In this document: piece after piece, positions 35,674-49,300 of the stretch
How positions within the stretch are numbered: the stretch's first letter is position 1
Layout: every line of letters starts with the position of its first letter
Assembly (NCBI GenBank): GCA_003427395.1
Contig: BFEA01000001.1
Span: forward strand, 7,977,639 to 8,041,638
Length of the DNA stretch: 64,000 bases
Direction: 5' to 3'
Source of the DNA: Chara braunii
Lineage: Eukaryota > Plantae > Charophyceae
Notes under the pieces: generated by a model
What the model saw: the letters and a program-made list of their open reading frames with translations, nothing else
Database searches by the model: none
Told to the model about the DNA's origin: nothing
Made by a program: the position numbers and the translations under genes

Positions 35674-36952
35674 GCATATAAAATAAGTTGAAATAAAAAA
35701 AGCTTAATAACAAATTAAAAACTAAAAATAAGAGTTAAAAATAAAAATAAAAAATAAAAATAAGATAATAATAATAAAATCATAAAATCATAAAATCATA
35801 AAAAAATAATAAAGCTTAATAATAAATTGGAAATTAAAAATTATAATAAATAAATAATAATAATAAAATATTTTTTTAATAATAATAATAAAATAATAAA
35901 ATAATAATAAAATAATAAACTAATAACATAATAAAATATAAAAATATGGCAAACATTTCTTTCAAGAAAAACTAAGGGACATGAATAATAATAAAAACCC
36001 GAACACATGTATAGACACGAAAATGAAGAAAAGGAAACAGATACGACAACAAAAAATGAAACGGCAAAGCAACACCCCGCAAAGAAAGACACACAAAAAA
36101 ACAAAAACTCGTGAAGCATCNNNNNNNNNNNNNNNNNNNNNNNNNNNNNNNNNNNNNNNNNNNNNNNNNNNNNNNNNNNNNNNNNNNNNNNNNNNNNNNN
36201 NNNNNNNNNNNNNNNNNNNNNNNNNNNNNNNNNNNNNNNNNNNNNNNNNNNNNNNNNNNNNNNNNNNNNNNNNNNNNNNNNNNNNNNNNNNNNNNNNNNN
36301 NNNNNNNNNNNNNNNNNNNNNNNNNNNNNNNNNNNNNNNNNNNNNNNNNNNNNNNNNNNNNNNNNNNNNNNNNNNNNNNNNNNNNNNNNNNNNNNNNNNN
36401 NNNNNNNNNNNNNNNNNNNNNNNNNNNNNNNNNNNNNNNNNNNNNNNNNNNNNNNNNNNNNNNNNNNNNNNNNNNNNNNNNNNNNNNNNNNNNNNNNNNN
36501 NNNNNNNNNNNNNNNNNNNNNNNNNNNNNNNNNNNNNNNNNNNNNNNNNNNNNNNNNNNNNNNNNNNNNNNNNNNNNNNNNNNNNNNNNNNNNNNCACCA
36601 TACCCATTACAAACCTCACATAACAAGATATAATGAAGCCTGCATGCATTACTATCTACAGCAGCTTGCCTATGACTACACCGGCGCTACGGAGCATTCC
36701 GACTCATACTTGCTATGTATGTGAAGAACTTCCTCATCCCACCATCTTCTCCCAACTGCCTCTTCTCAACCCCCTCATACTACGCAACCAGGCGAGCTAA
36801 CTGTCTGTCTGCAGCGGGCAAGGCACCTTCTTGGGCCGGCCAATCTGTGCTTCGACCAACGGAGATCCTGATCCATCGCTACACCGAAGCTCGACAGCTA
36901 TGGCAGCTACGGCAGCGACTGACTATGCCGCTTCTCCAGACATGACACCTCA
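35608..36952 (+). repeat. Segmental/tandem duplication copy 2
   Basis: ORF 36715-36945 is near-identical to 32523-32753. Confidence 0.85.
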
Positions 36953-37492
36953 NNNNNNNNNNNNNNNNNNNNNNNNNNNNNNNNNNNNNNNNNNNNNNNN
37001 NNNNNNNNNNNNNNNNNNNNNNNNNNNNNNNNNNNNNNNNNNNNNNNNNNNNNNNNNNNNNNNNNNNNNNNNNNNNNNNNNNNNNNNNNNNNNNNNNNNN
37101 NNNNNNNNNNNNNNNNNNNNNNNNNNNNNNNNNNNNNNNNNNNNNNNNNNNNNNNNNNNNNNNNNNNNNNNNNNNNNNNNNNNNNNNNNNNNNNNNNNNN
37201 NNNNNNNNNNNNNNNNNNNNNNNNNNNNNNNNNNNNNNNNNNNNNNNNNNNNNNNNNNNNNNNNNNNNNNNNNNNNNNNNNNNNNNNNNNNNNNNNNNNN
37301 NNNNNNNNNNNNNNNNNNNNNNNNNNNNNNNNNNNNNNNNNNNNNNNNNNNNNNNNNNNNNNNNNNNNNNNNNNNNNNNNNNNNNNNNNNNNNNNNNNNN
37401 NNNNNNNNNNNNNNNNNNNNNNNNNNNNNNNNNNNNNNNNNNNNNNNNNNNNNNNNNNNNNNNNNNNNNNNNNNNNNNNNNNNNNNNNNNNN

Positions 37493-37580
<88 letters not shown>
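37493..37580. repeat. (CT)n(CA)n compound microsatellite
   Basis: Read directly from the sequence. Confidence 0.95.
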
Positions 37581-37583
<3 letters not shown>

Positions 37584-38039
37584 CAAGGGGGCAAAACGCA
37601 AAGATGACCTGGGTCACTAGGGGTAAAACCAAAATATATAGGGCCTGGGAAACGTTGGTGAGTACCGGGACATTTTGCAAACATGGACAGTACCCGGTAG
37701 GGGTATTTTGCACAGATAACATGTCCAACCGTCACCAGGGGCATTTCGCAAAACAATTTTTGTGTCAGAGGGGTATTCCGCTCGACCTAGATCTTTAAGG
37801 GGCATTTTGGCATATATCTGAACTTATAGGCGTATTTCGCAAATTATCGCAAAAATATAATATGTCCGTTTTGACGAAAGCACTGTTGTTGTACTATTGT
37901 TATTCTGATTGGTGTTGGTTGTAAGCCATCTGGAGGTACCCTAGCCTGTCATTGGTGGTCCTATGGTCACCATCCGCTCGCTTACCTTCGTCATCAACTA
38001 GACCCTCCAGCTGCTCTATTGTCGGTTGTCATCACCCAG

Positions 38040-38454
38040 AATATATTACCAGTGGGGCCTACCCTTTGGGTACCTGTACAGCCTCCCAGCATGTTAGGAG
38101 TGAAGTTAACACTGGACTTAGGTCCAGGTTTTCAATGGGGAATGTGATCGTCACAATCCAATTGCAAAAGACTAAAAGTCAACTCTCCAGAACAGCAGTT
38201 GAATATCAACACATAGACATAGCCATGGCTTAGTGGGGCCTGGCCCTGAGCTCAGGCCCACTGTTGCTATGTTTATGCTTTCCCACTAAGCCATGCCTAC
38301 GTCTACGTGTTGACATTCAACAGCTGCCCTGGAGAGTTGACTTTTACCATTGGATTGGGAGGATCACATTCCCCAATGAATACCTGGGCCTAAGTCCAGT
38401 GTAACTTCACTCCTAACATGCTGGGAGGGTTGTAGGCCCCACTGGTAATATATT
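38040..38454. repeat. Long inverted repeat / foldback element
   Basis: Arms 38040-38237 and 38282-38454 are reverse complements with scattered mismatches and indels. Confidence 0.9.
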
Positions 38455-39389
38455 TTGTGGGAGGTGGCACACATCTAGCCATAACTGTGACCAGGTTCAT
38501 ACTTTTCTTAGCACAAACATAGCATGAATGGGACGTGGCGTGGACCTAACTCTTGAACCTATTTTGCTCTCACTGGATGTGAGCGCTTCACCATTTTTTC
38601 AGCCACTGAAGATATTAGCAGATGGGGTGGGACAGTTGCAGCGGATGGCTGACATCTTACATCAGCAATGTACTCTGAAGCTCTGAACATGATAGAAGCA
38701 CTGAAGAATGTTGTTCATGGGGCCCCTTGATGGCAGTGCAGGTTGGCACATAGAGAAAGGGATATATGATGGGTGAGATAGGCACACAGCTTTGGCTTTC
38801 CAGGTCCTGCCAAGGGAAGATCTTGATGCCGGTGCTGTAGCAGCTGTAACTGAACTGGTGTTAACAGATTACCACATAGCATGCTGGCACAACCTGGTGC
38901 TGCTGCAGCATCAGGGGCAGGTGGTAAACACTGCACGCCTTAGGAGTGTGATGGACCTTTAATTTACTCCACGTCGTTTCACACATGCCCATAATTGCAG
39001 AGCCCAACTCATCAACTCAGAGAGCCGAGTTTGCATAATGCTGGATTAGTGCACTTCTTTTTTAAACCATACGGCCCCAGCTCCATTCTAGTATGGGAGC
39101 CAACAGTCTGGTTCCTTTTCCACGGGCAAGTGGGTAGCATAGTGAACCCACACAAGTTCCCCCCCCGTTACTGCCAAGGGACCCCTGACAGCATAATGGA
39201 CTTGACATTGAAGTCTATGCGAATGCTGAAAAAAAAGGAGCGATTTCCAAGAAATGAAAGAACTTGGAAAGAGGAATAGATAACGAAAGAAGAAGGAATA
39301 AGAAAGAACAAGCGGATGTCCGTCGCATCCGCATCGGGGGCCAAGAGCAGGGGGGGGGGAAAGAAAAAAAAAAATTGACAATGACAACG

Positions 39390-39805
39390 AATCTTCCGCT
39401 AGAGCACGGAAAGGTACACCGCCATAGTTTTTGCCCTTTGTGGATGCCCAAAACTTCAACAGAGGGCTCCAACATCCGCCAGAGGGACTCGCTCCACTAG
39501 TCACCAAAAGCGCAAAATGAGAATGCATCTTCCCCTAGAGCACAGGGAGATACACCGACATATTTTTTGCCTTTTGTGCATGCGGTGAGTAGCAGAGCGA
39601 GGCCCAGAGTCCCAACGAAAGTTCCTTCCAGGTAAGAATGCATCTTCCCCTAGAGCACGGGGACATACACCGGCATATTTTTTGCCTTTTCTGCATGCTG
39701 TTAGTAGCAGAGCAAAGCCCAGAGTCCCAACGAAAGTTCCTTCCAGGTGAACCCAATTTTCTGCTAGAGCATGGAAAGATACAGCCCGATATTTTTTTCT
39801 TTTGT
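39390..39805 (+). repeat. Four ~115-135-bp degenerate tandem units (CTAGAGCACGG..ATACACCG..TTTTTGCC)
   Basis: Cores near 39399, 39535, 39650 and 39764. The same core lies inside the MITE at 63523-63621. Confidence 0.75.
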
Positions 39806-39949
39806 GCGAGGCCCGCTGACTGTGGCATCTTGTCCCCCCCTTGGAAAAAAGACAAAAATAAAAATCGAATCAACTGGAAACAACACAATGAATCTACTTA
39901 AACAAAGAAAACGGACGAATCTACATCTGGCATTGGGTCGGTGAATAAA

Positions 39950-40504
39950 TCACGCACATAAATTCGACAATGACCACAACTCAGCGTTAAAACCCTTTAT
40001 ATAGCTCTCTGCCATTCCACATATAAGGTCCTCTTCTTGTGCATGAACCTCCTCGAAACCTTCATTGTTCAAAAACAACTTCTTCAAGCCTAAGGGATAG
40101 AGTGTTGGACAACAAACAAGGGTATCTCCCGGGTTGTGGTCAATAGGAACACAAACCAAACCACGAAGCCTCTCCTTCCATCCCAACACCTCCTCTTCAA
40201 AGCACGTTCGATCAGGATTAATGCTGCTCCGATTAAGATAGTCAGCCACATCCATCTGTTCGAAATTCGGTACGGCAAAATCCAGAGTATTTAGTGAACT
40301 CTTCAACTCAACACACAAACGCCTCAAAACATCGCGTCCGTTCGGAACTGGTACATTCCTATTATTGCGAAACCACCACGGTGTGGCCATACATTCACTC
40401 AAACGACAACACACGTGTCCTTCAATTCTGACGAGATCGACATTATGTGACGAGCAAGTGCACCCGAATTCCGTCCCTTTCACATACATCCTAAAATTGA
40501 ACAT
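39950..40504 (-). pseudogene. Probable Penelope-like element fragment (region just N-terminal of RT)
   Basis: 'LVCVPIDHNPGDTLVCCPTLY' resembles the DKG/DKN pre-RT motif of Penelope-like elements. Confidence 0.45.
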
Positions 40505-40568
40505 GAGCTCGCCAATACTTTTATTCTTTAACCATACAACTCGAAGCCCTCTTGGAAAAAAACGAAAA

Positions 40569-40700
40569 GGGTGAAACGTCAGCAGGGCGCGCTCCTATGT
40601 ACTTGTATCCACGCCTCCCCTGGCTCCCGAAACTGGGTGAAACGTCAGCAGGGCGCGCTGCAACGTACTTGTATCCACGCCTCCCCTGGCTCCCGAAACT
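40569..40700 (+). repeat. 66-bp tandem duplication
   Basis: GGTGAAACGTCAGCAGGGCGCGCT...CTCCCGAAACT occurs twice. Confidence 0.9.
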
Positions 40701-41149
40701 TCGAGCTGTGATCCCCCTGCTTCGTGCCTCCCGACCGATGGCCCCTCCAGAAACTTCGAGCCATGCATCCAGTCGCTGGCAACTGAATTTTGTTTGGCCC
40801 CGCCCTTGGTCCCCAGCCTTCTTTCCCAACACTGGCCATCCTGGTCTTGCGTGGGGGCATCACGCGAGACCCGCTAGTCGCTTAAAGAGAGTGAGGGAAG
40901 AAGAAGAAGAGGATGTACACTAGCAAAGACCGATGACAAATCCCCCTTCACTCGCCAACTCACTTCATTCTCCGTATCTCCCCCAACCTCAGCTTTCAAC
41001 AAATAATAATAATAACAATGAATGGTTGAACCCGAACCAATGTCTGAATTTCCTCCTTACTACCAGCACTCAATGAGGTCCACCATAGCCACGACCTACA
41101 CCTTCTACCACTTTCAAATGGTGGTGGCTCTGGCAGACTAGTGGGGCCT

Positions 41150-41205
41150 TGCGTCTGAAGGTAGTGAGACTTGAGATCGATCTTTGAGAAGACCTTGCAC
41201 CCACC
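41150..41205 (-). pseudogene. Small Gypsy RT remnant
   Basis: 'GCKVFSKIDLKSHYLQ'. Confidence 0.6.
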
Positions 41206-44200
41206 TGCAGCATCTTCCCTTTTGGAGACCAGTTTTATCAACAGTCAATCCGGAGCTTTACCGGAGCAGCCAGCCATTGTTTGGAAGTTGGTGTCGATTG
41301 AAGTTGATGGCAGTAGACCATTTCAGGCTTGGGAAAGACTCCTAGGCTCAGAAGTTTTGCAGCCCTGCTGCACAGAATCTGGATTGGGCTACAGCAGGCT
41401 CTTGGCCAACTTGGTCCAGGTAAGAGTTAGTGAGGAGTGTGGTGAGGATAGAACCTGGACATTCGTAGTCTTGGGCTGAGGGAGCCCCGATCCAAACGTT
41501 GCGGCTGGACTCCAAGCTCAAGTCTTGGCGGGGCTCAAGAAAGTTTCCACATGAAGTCTGGCTTTCGGATTGGCAGAGTAGGACAAAGATAGCTTGAGGT
41601 AGGCTTTTGGGGGGAACAACCTCTTTTGAGGGGAGTAGGGTAGAGGGAGGCTTTCCTATTGTCGGGGCTGTGAGGAACCGCTCAACAACAGAGAGGTTCT
41701 GATTAGCGGAGGCAGCAAGGGAGAGGAGGAGTGGTAAGAGGGGAAAAGAGGAGGGGTGGACAGGGGAGGGTCAATCAACATCAAGTATCATCATCATCAA
41801 CATCATCATCATCAGCATCAGATTGGTTGTTTGCTCAGGATCCCACTATTATCAGATCCAAATTCTTAGGTTACATTCTAGTTTTTTTTTTCTTTTTTTT
41901 GAAACAAGCTTCATCTATTGGTGGGGAGCAGCACCTGCTGGAAACCGGGTCCAGCGTCCCATAGATACAACCATATCCTCACAAATTGGCACAAACTGGG
42001 AACCGGGCCCAGTGTCCCATAACAAGTACATTCATCCCAAATTTTCATTAATCATCAATGTATTCCAATTATAAGGGATGTTGGGCCCGGTTCCCAGCAC
42101 GTGCTGCTCCCCACGAATAGCTTGGAGCAATTGCTTTGGAAAAAAAAAAAAAACTAAGTAGGGGAGTATGAGTTGTTGCACTCCGGAAGAACACCAACCT
42201 TGGTTGTTGTAAGTAGGTGGCCGCAGGTCTGCCCCTCACATGCAGTAAGTATCAATCAAGATATTAGCACATGTTGGGTCAAAATTCAAGGGTCCAATTC
42301 TCATAGCAATCTCTTGTGGTGGTTGTCGCTATTGGCTACCCCGTTGGCAATGTGGCTCACCAAATGAGGAATGATCCCGATCCAGTGTTATAGGTGCAAG
42401 TGGTTGTTTGAATCAACCACTCACTTGTGGATATACTGTCCACTCTCACTAAGAATTTCGACATGGTGGAGAATCCAATGGGCTTGCATCAGCGTTTTCA
42501 ACTAGGATGGTCGATGGATTCTCTTTGGCAGTTTTCAAGAAGGTTTGGCTCTGGAAGGTTGGGGTTGCGGTGCTCAACCTCACACCCCACAATGCTTTAC
42601 TTTACGGAGCGGACTAAAATGCGAAAAGGACCCGAAAAGCATGCAATGGGGCGGTGTCAAGGATTCTAGGAAAAGGTGAGTGTGGAGTCCCACATCGGAA
42701 CTAAAATCTTCCTATGGTCGAAAACGACGACGAAAGGCGAAGTGGCGGGCAAGCAACGTCTATCTAAGTCAAAAAGTACCTTTGAACATCGTCTCGTGCT
42801 CTACAACGTTTTTTTCCAGCCGGAACGGTGGAGAGGTGTACGAAATATCTCGACTATGGATGAGTGCTCGACAACAGGTCCCAAAGAGCTCAAAATCGGA
42901 ATCAGAGGGGAGCAGACGTGTGCCTCTGTCCGCGACTTCTGAGTCTCCATGAGGCATGTAGTCGAACCCTCTCGCCCTCGATCGTTCCGCACAGCGACAG
43001 TCAAAACATAGTGTATGGAGCCAATGAGGCGCAACAGTTGTCCACATGATGTTATGTCAATAAACTCATTAAACGACAGTAGTATAGAGTGAGGAAAGAC
43101 AATGTCCATAATCACAAACTGAGAGTTGACAAAGGAAGCACTGCATCTCATAAGGGGACTAATATGGTCGTTCGATCCGTGCTACAGAGTCTTGCACGTC
43201 CCACTCACATACACATGGTCGTTCCTCGTTGTATGGAAACTCCAGACACGACATGGGATGTTCCAGCGACAATGAAGCAAATGACAGGGATGCTCAGGTA
43301 AACATTGTAGGAGGAAGAGTTAGCAAAAGACAAAGAGAACATCCATGACACACATCCAATGTTTACAAACACAACGAACCCTCATATTTAGGCAGGCGAG
43401 GCGGATGCGCATGTCACTTAGTCATCGTTGCTCTTTAGTGCAAGCAGAAGAGTATAAGGGGAGTGCTATACGCATTCGTCTTGCGAATCCTAAGGACTCC
43501 AAAAATGAATGACTACCACATACACTCATGTAAGCAGAAGAGTCTCCGTAGTGTTTTGCTCGCCACAGACTTGTGCGGATATGTAAAACAAGAGATGATC
43601 TACAAAGGAAAATTCCTTTAACTACCATTTGTCGGCGCATCTAATCCAGACTACCGATCATTCATACAACTTAACTAAATCACATCGATGAATAAACCAT
43701 GCATTCAAATGTGAAACCGTACATTTACCTATAAAAGATTCATTCCATTTCATGCAACGATGCATAATTGAACAAAATGACTTCAAAGAAAGTTAGCATA
43801 AATTTCAACCATGAAAAAAAATCGAGATGTTCTCACGCTTTCAAAAGTATCAGCACTCTACGCCTTTTTCTTGCAAGTGAAAGAATATAACGGGAAACAC
43901 TCAAAAGAGAGAAAAGCAAAGAAAACTCACTGGCACTCACTCAACGATTGTCATACATTTATTTATTCATGCGGACGAGATCGTGAGAATCATAAATAGG
44001 AGAACCATTCGAGAGCGAAATAGAGATAGAAGAAACTGGTGTTCCGCCATGCAATCACTTATTCATCATAAATTAAAATAACGAGAGAGAGAAAGAAAGA
44101 GAGAGGGAGAGAAGTAAGACATGGGTCCATTGGCTCTCATATCTATGGCGCCCTGGCTAGCCAACCAACCACCATCTCTTACCCTGCCTAAGTATCTGTG

Positions 44201-46384
44201 ATCCTCGTTGCCAGGCGCTTGACACTTATGTGAGCAATTGTCACCCTGTCAACTCAACTTTTGCATCGATCCGACTAGATACTACATTGCATCGTAACAA
44301 TTCAACATGCGATCCTGCAAACCCACAACGGACCTGTAAGGAATGTCTGTCTTGCTAATTAACACCGAAGTCCAGCCCCTACTCCAAGTGAGTTGGCAGA
44401 TAACGTGCGGAAGAGCGAAAATGATGCATTTACAAAATTTATAGTTGCGAAGGAAGTGGAGGATATATGACAAGGGGAGGTAGAGAGGGGGGAGAAAAGG
44501 AAAGGGAAGGTTGTTTAGGAGGGTCATGTTGATCCAACCAAAGTGCTTGTAACCAATCAGAATGCAGAATGAGGGGTTCATAACTTGTTGACACTCTGTC
44601 GTCCGACTTCTAGAACAACTTAGGATCAACGAGATCCTTCCGAGTGTTGACAGTGACAGGAAAAAAAGTTATGAGAGATGGTGTAAGGCGGGACCAAGAC
44701 CCGACAGGATCAAGAAGGAGGAGAGGGTGCAAAGAGAAGGAGAAGGAGACAATTACAGCTTGTCGTTGAAGGCATGAAGAAGGAGGACAACGAGCGTAAT
44801 GAAAGATTGCATGCAAGAGCACGTGCGAAGAGATGCATTCACAAAAAATGTATAGGTATCAAAACAGTTACGTGAAATGCAAGTGAAAGTTGCGTCAAAT
44901 TCTTACAAGTAATTTGAAATTAAAAATCCCGAAAAGAAATTTCGATCACGCTCACTAAGGCCAGTGAAAATTCCACGTCGATTACTATCTTCTTCTACTC
45001 AAAATGAAAATTCACACATGTTGCAAGGGCATTTCCGAGCTTATACAAAGGAACACGAACTCAAGCGGATTAATCAACACAATTGAACACAGGACACCCA
45101 TGGACATCCCACCAAAAACGAAGCTTGCAGAACGACGTCGGAACCCCGAAAGAAAAAACGGAAAAGTAGTAAAGAACCCCTTTAAAATAAAGAAAATCGA
45201 AAGGGGTACAATAACTAGCGTGATCATGTAAGTGTTTTTTTTTTTTTTTTTTTTTTTTTTTTNNNNNNNNNNNNNNNNNNNNNNNNNNNNNNNNNNNNNN
45301 NNNNNNNNNNNNNNNNNNNNNNNNNNNNNNNNNNNNNNNNNNNNNNNNNNNNNNNNNNNNNNNNNNNNNNNNNNNNNNNNNNNNNNNNNNNNNNNNNNNN
45401 NNNNNNNNNNNNNNNNNNNNNNNNNNNNNNNNNNNNNNNNNNNNNNNNNNNNNNNNNNNNNNNNNNNNNNNNNNNNNNNNNNNNNNNNNNNNNNNNNNNN
45501 NNNNNNNNNNNNNNNNNNNNNNNNNNNNNNNNNNNNNNNNNNNNNNNNNNNNNNNNNNNNNNNNNNNNNNNNNNNNNNNNNNNNNNNNNNNNNNNNNNNN
45601 NNNNNNNNNNNNNNNNNNNNNNNNNNNNNNNNNNNNNNNNNNNNNNNNNNNNNNNNNNNNNNNNNNNNNNNNNNNNNNNNNNNNNNNNNNNNNNNNNNNN
45701 NNNNNNNNNNNNNNNNNNNNNNNNNNNNNNNNNNNNNNNNNNNNNNNNNNNNNNNNNNNNNNNNNNNNNNNNNNNNNNNNNNNNNNNNNNNNTTTTTTTT
45801 TTTTTAAACCGGACCCCCCTAAAGTGTTAGTGATGCTGATAAGATCAGACACCGCTAACACATGGGGAGCGGCTCCTTTCCATTGGTGGGGAGCTGCACC
45901 TGCTGGAAACCGGGTCCAGCGTCCCTTGACATCATATCAGAAAAGGTACAACTCATGCTGGGAACCGGGCCCAGCATCCCTTCTGTTCGTAGGGAAAGCC
46001 TGCCACAAACATAGGAAAAAATGCAAAGAAAGCCTGCCACTAGTCCCCCCCTAGTCCCCCACATATACCTCCAGGGCCAGCGGGTGAGGGGGAAAGGGAT
46101 CAGGGAAGTCCTGGGCGGGTTTCAGCTGTTCCGTGGGATCCACTTTTATCCAGTCCTTGAAGTGAAGCTGATAGTCGCTATCCCTTCCCCTTTCTCGTTC
46201 CTCTTCATGTCCGTCATTCTGCGGCTGGTCCAATCTGTCTCATGTCCAGCTTACCCTCGCGACCCAGCCCTCCCTCCTCCCCCCAGCCAGTCCACACAAA
46301 ACCAGGAGATAATTTTATCGATGTCCGTCTTGCTGTGCACCTGCTTTTCCTTTACATTCTGCCATTGTGCCATAATTTCGTGCT

Positions 46385-49300
46385 AGAAAAGCAGTCGTAT
46401 CTGCTTTGTGACTTCCCCCTCTTCCACCCTGGCCCCCTCCACTTCCATGATGCACCTCCTCCACCATATGGTCGAGAGAACAGTACATCTACCCAGGGAG
46501 TACATGTTTGCTGCAAAGGTATTGTCCCGAAGCTAGGGGCATTGCCCCAGCAAGATTGCCCTCTAGTCCCAAGTCCATGGTAACCCTGGAACCATGTGTC
46601 GCCAGATCCTCTCCCACCATCGCCATAATAAGACGGCAGCCGGGCATTGCAGGAAGATGTGCTCGCCTTTTTTCGGGGAAATTTTGGCGGCAGCTCCGGC
46701 ACCAGGGGAGCACCCTTCCTTGTTGTTCAAGGTGCGTGTGGTCAACCAGCCAATTGTTTGTTGGCAGGCATCGATGGGTGATTTGCCATTGGAGAGCGGA
46801 GATTTTTGCCAGCCTTTTCTGATGCTCCTTGAACCATTGAATTGGTTTGAGCGTGCTTCTGTCTATATTGAGGTGGCGCTGCCATCTGTCTTCAACCACG
46901 TCTCGCAGCCCACGCTTAGGTCTGAGCATTCAGTAGACCGACTTTGTTTTAAGAGCAGCCAAAGACACTGTTTTTCCCTCACCCTGTCCCCGCCTTCCCC
47001 TGCCTCGCCATGACCACCTCCATTCCTGGGGATCAAAGGGAAGGTTCTCAATTGGGGCCATTGGGTGATACACTCTTCCACCTTTCTCTTCTTCTACCAC
47101 CCTAATGCGATAGACCTCGATTTTCTTTTCCAGGTAAAAGGAAGGCTACTCCCTCGTAGCTGCCCTGTTCCTGTGACATCGTATACTTCAACCAGGACTT
47201 GAGCTCGGTCCGCTATGTGCACACGGCCTGCTTGTGATTCATGACCAGGCAACCACACCCAATCATCCACTTCCAATGTTGGGCCTTTTTTCAGCGTGGT
47301 GTACCATTGGATGGGAAAGCTTTCAATAAGCCCCTTCATTGTTGAATCTAGTGAATGGCAGTAGCGCAGACATCTTTTCATGCTCTCAACACTTTTCCAA
47401 TCCCCACTTGCCCCATCCCAGAGGTCCCCCACCCTTAACACCCCATGTTTCACCCAAGTTCTCCATGGAGAGTCTCAGTTGTTCCTCACCTGGCCGAGGG
47501 AGTCTGTGATTAGTCTATTGCCAAACAAGGGTTGTCTGATTATCTCCTCCCATCTGTCCGGCGCACGGCGGTTGGGGTATGGGAGCCTCCTCCACGTATT
47601 CAGAAGGCGTATCCAATGCTCGTCAGCCGGGTCACCGTTCTTATATTTCCTGGGGAGTCTCCAATATATGTCCTCAAGCCAAGTGAGGGGGTCAATTTCA
47701 GGTGGGGCCTCCGGGGTCAGCGCCGCGATTTGCCTCAGGGTTAGGGGAACCCAGGGGGAGGAGGTCTCGAAGATGATATGTTGGATCCAGTGGAGGCTCA
47801 GGGCTTGGAACTGTGTAGAGGGGTCCACTATCCCAAGGCCCCCTCCAACCTTGGGCTGAATGACCGATTTCCCACGCTACCCGGCTAATGGCGTGGGTAT
47901 TGTTGCTATCCCCTCTCCAAAGGAAGGCCGCCAGTTGTTGCTTGAGCGTCCTGAGTCCCCCTTTACTTAAGGGTCATAGGATGGCTTTATACCAGAGAGT
48001 GGCGAGCACGACATTGTTAATGATCAGGGCTCGCCCGAAAACCGAAGTATGCTTGTGGTTCCACTTTGCTAGCTTGGCCTGAGCCGGTGTAGAGAGTCAC
48101 TCGTCGTTTGTGACGGGTTTCCCTTTTGTCGTGATTGACACACCCAGGATCGTGAGGGGATCGTCCGGGGGGAGCCAGGTAATACTTGGGCTTTCTGGCG
48201 GCCTGCCCCCCTGGTGGTGCAACCACCAACCCACCGTTTTCTGCCCCCAGTTGACAGTCATGTCAGAAACGTTGCCAAAACGGTTCATAAGCGTTTGGAT
48301 TTCTTCCATGTTTTGTGTGTTTGCTTCGACCATAATAGTAAGGTCATCCGCAAACAGGGACCAGATGGGAAACGCTTCCTCAGGGATATCAACGATCCGA
48401 ATACGAGTGAGGTCTTTGTTCTGTCTTAAATTAGCAGAGAGAGCCTCCATAATGATTAAGAAGAGATAAGGGTTAATGGGGTCTCCTTGACTAACCGACC
48501 GTTGGATCTCAAAGGGGGGTGTCACCCATCCATTTACTTGCACACACGTGGTGGCATTTTTATGCAGAATGCTCACCCATTGCCTGAAGGACGGCCCAAA
48601 ATTCATTTTTTCCAAACACTTGTCCAGAAAAACCCAGTCCACGTGGTCATATGCCTTTTCAAAATCAATGAAGACTATTGCAGCGTTTTCCCGGTGTCTT
48701 CGTGCCAAGCAGACGATTTCATTTACCAGCAGGATGTTTTCTTGTATGTTCCTGCCGGTCATGAACCCTGTCTGGGCCGGGTGGATCACATCTGCCAATA
48801 TATTGGTCATGCGGTTTGCCAAGGCTTTATAGAGGATTTTGTAGACTACTGTAAGGAGGGTAATTGGTCTGCAGTTCCTTATGTTCATTTTATCCCCTTT
48901 CTTATACAGCAGAGTCAACACCCCTTTCCCCACCACTTCCCCCATTTCCCCATCCTCCCAGATCTTTTGATAGAAATCCCACAGATCGGTGCTCAACTCT
49001 GGCCACATTGTTTCCCAGAATTCTTTGGGGAAGTCGTCATCTCGTCCTTTGTCAGGGGGCGCTCCAGTTGATCGCGCTGTGTCCGGGACAGATGCTTATC
49101 CATAGGGACCAGGAATTCCTCCAGCTCTCTCATCCATGCCCCTTCTCTCGGGGTCGGGATTTGGGATGTGTATAGTTGTTTGAACAATCTTCGTGTGATT
49201 AGTGTGCAGTGCGCGGTATTTGTTGCTATAGTTTCATCCCTGCTATCCTGATCATATAATGCCTCGATTATCGTGCATCTCGCCCGGGCTGTCGCCATAC

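Noticed and set aside
35841-37756. Long ORFs spanning N gaps and (CA)/(CT) repeats
   Set aside because: Artefacts of gap translation.
42687-42697. Plant snRNA USE motif GTCCCACATCG
   Set aside because: Lies inside solo LTR C, is not conserved in the homologous LTRs, and has no TATA box or snRNA downstream.
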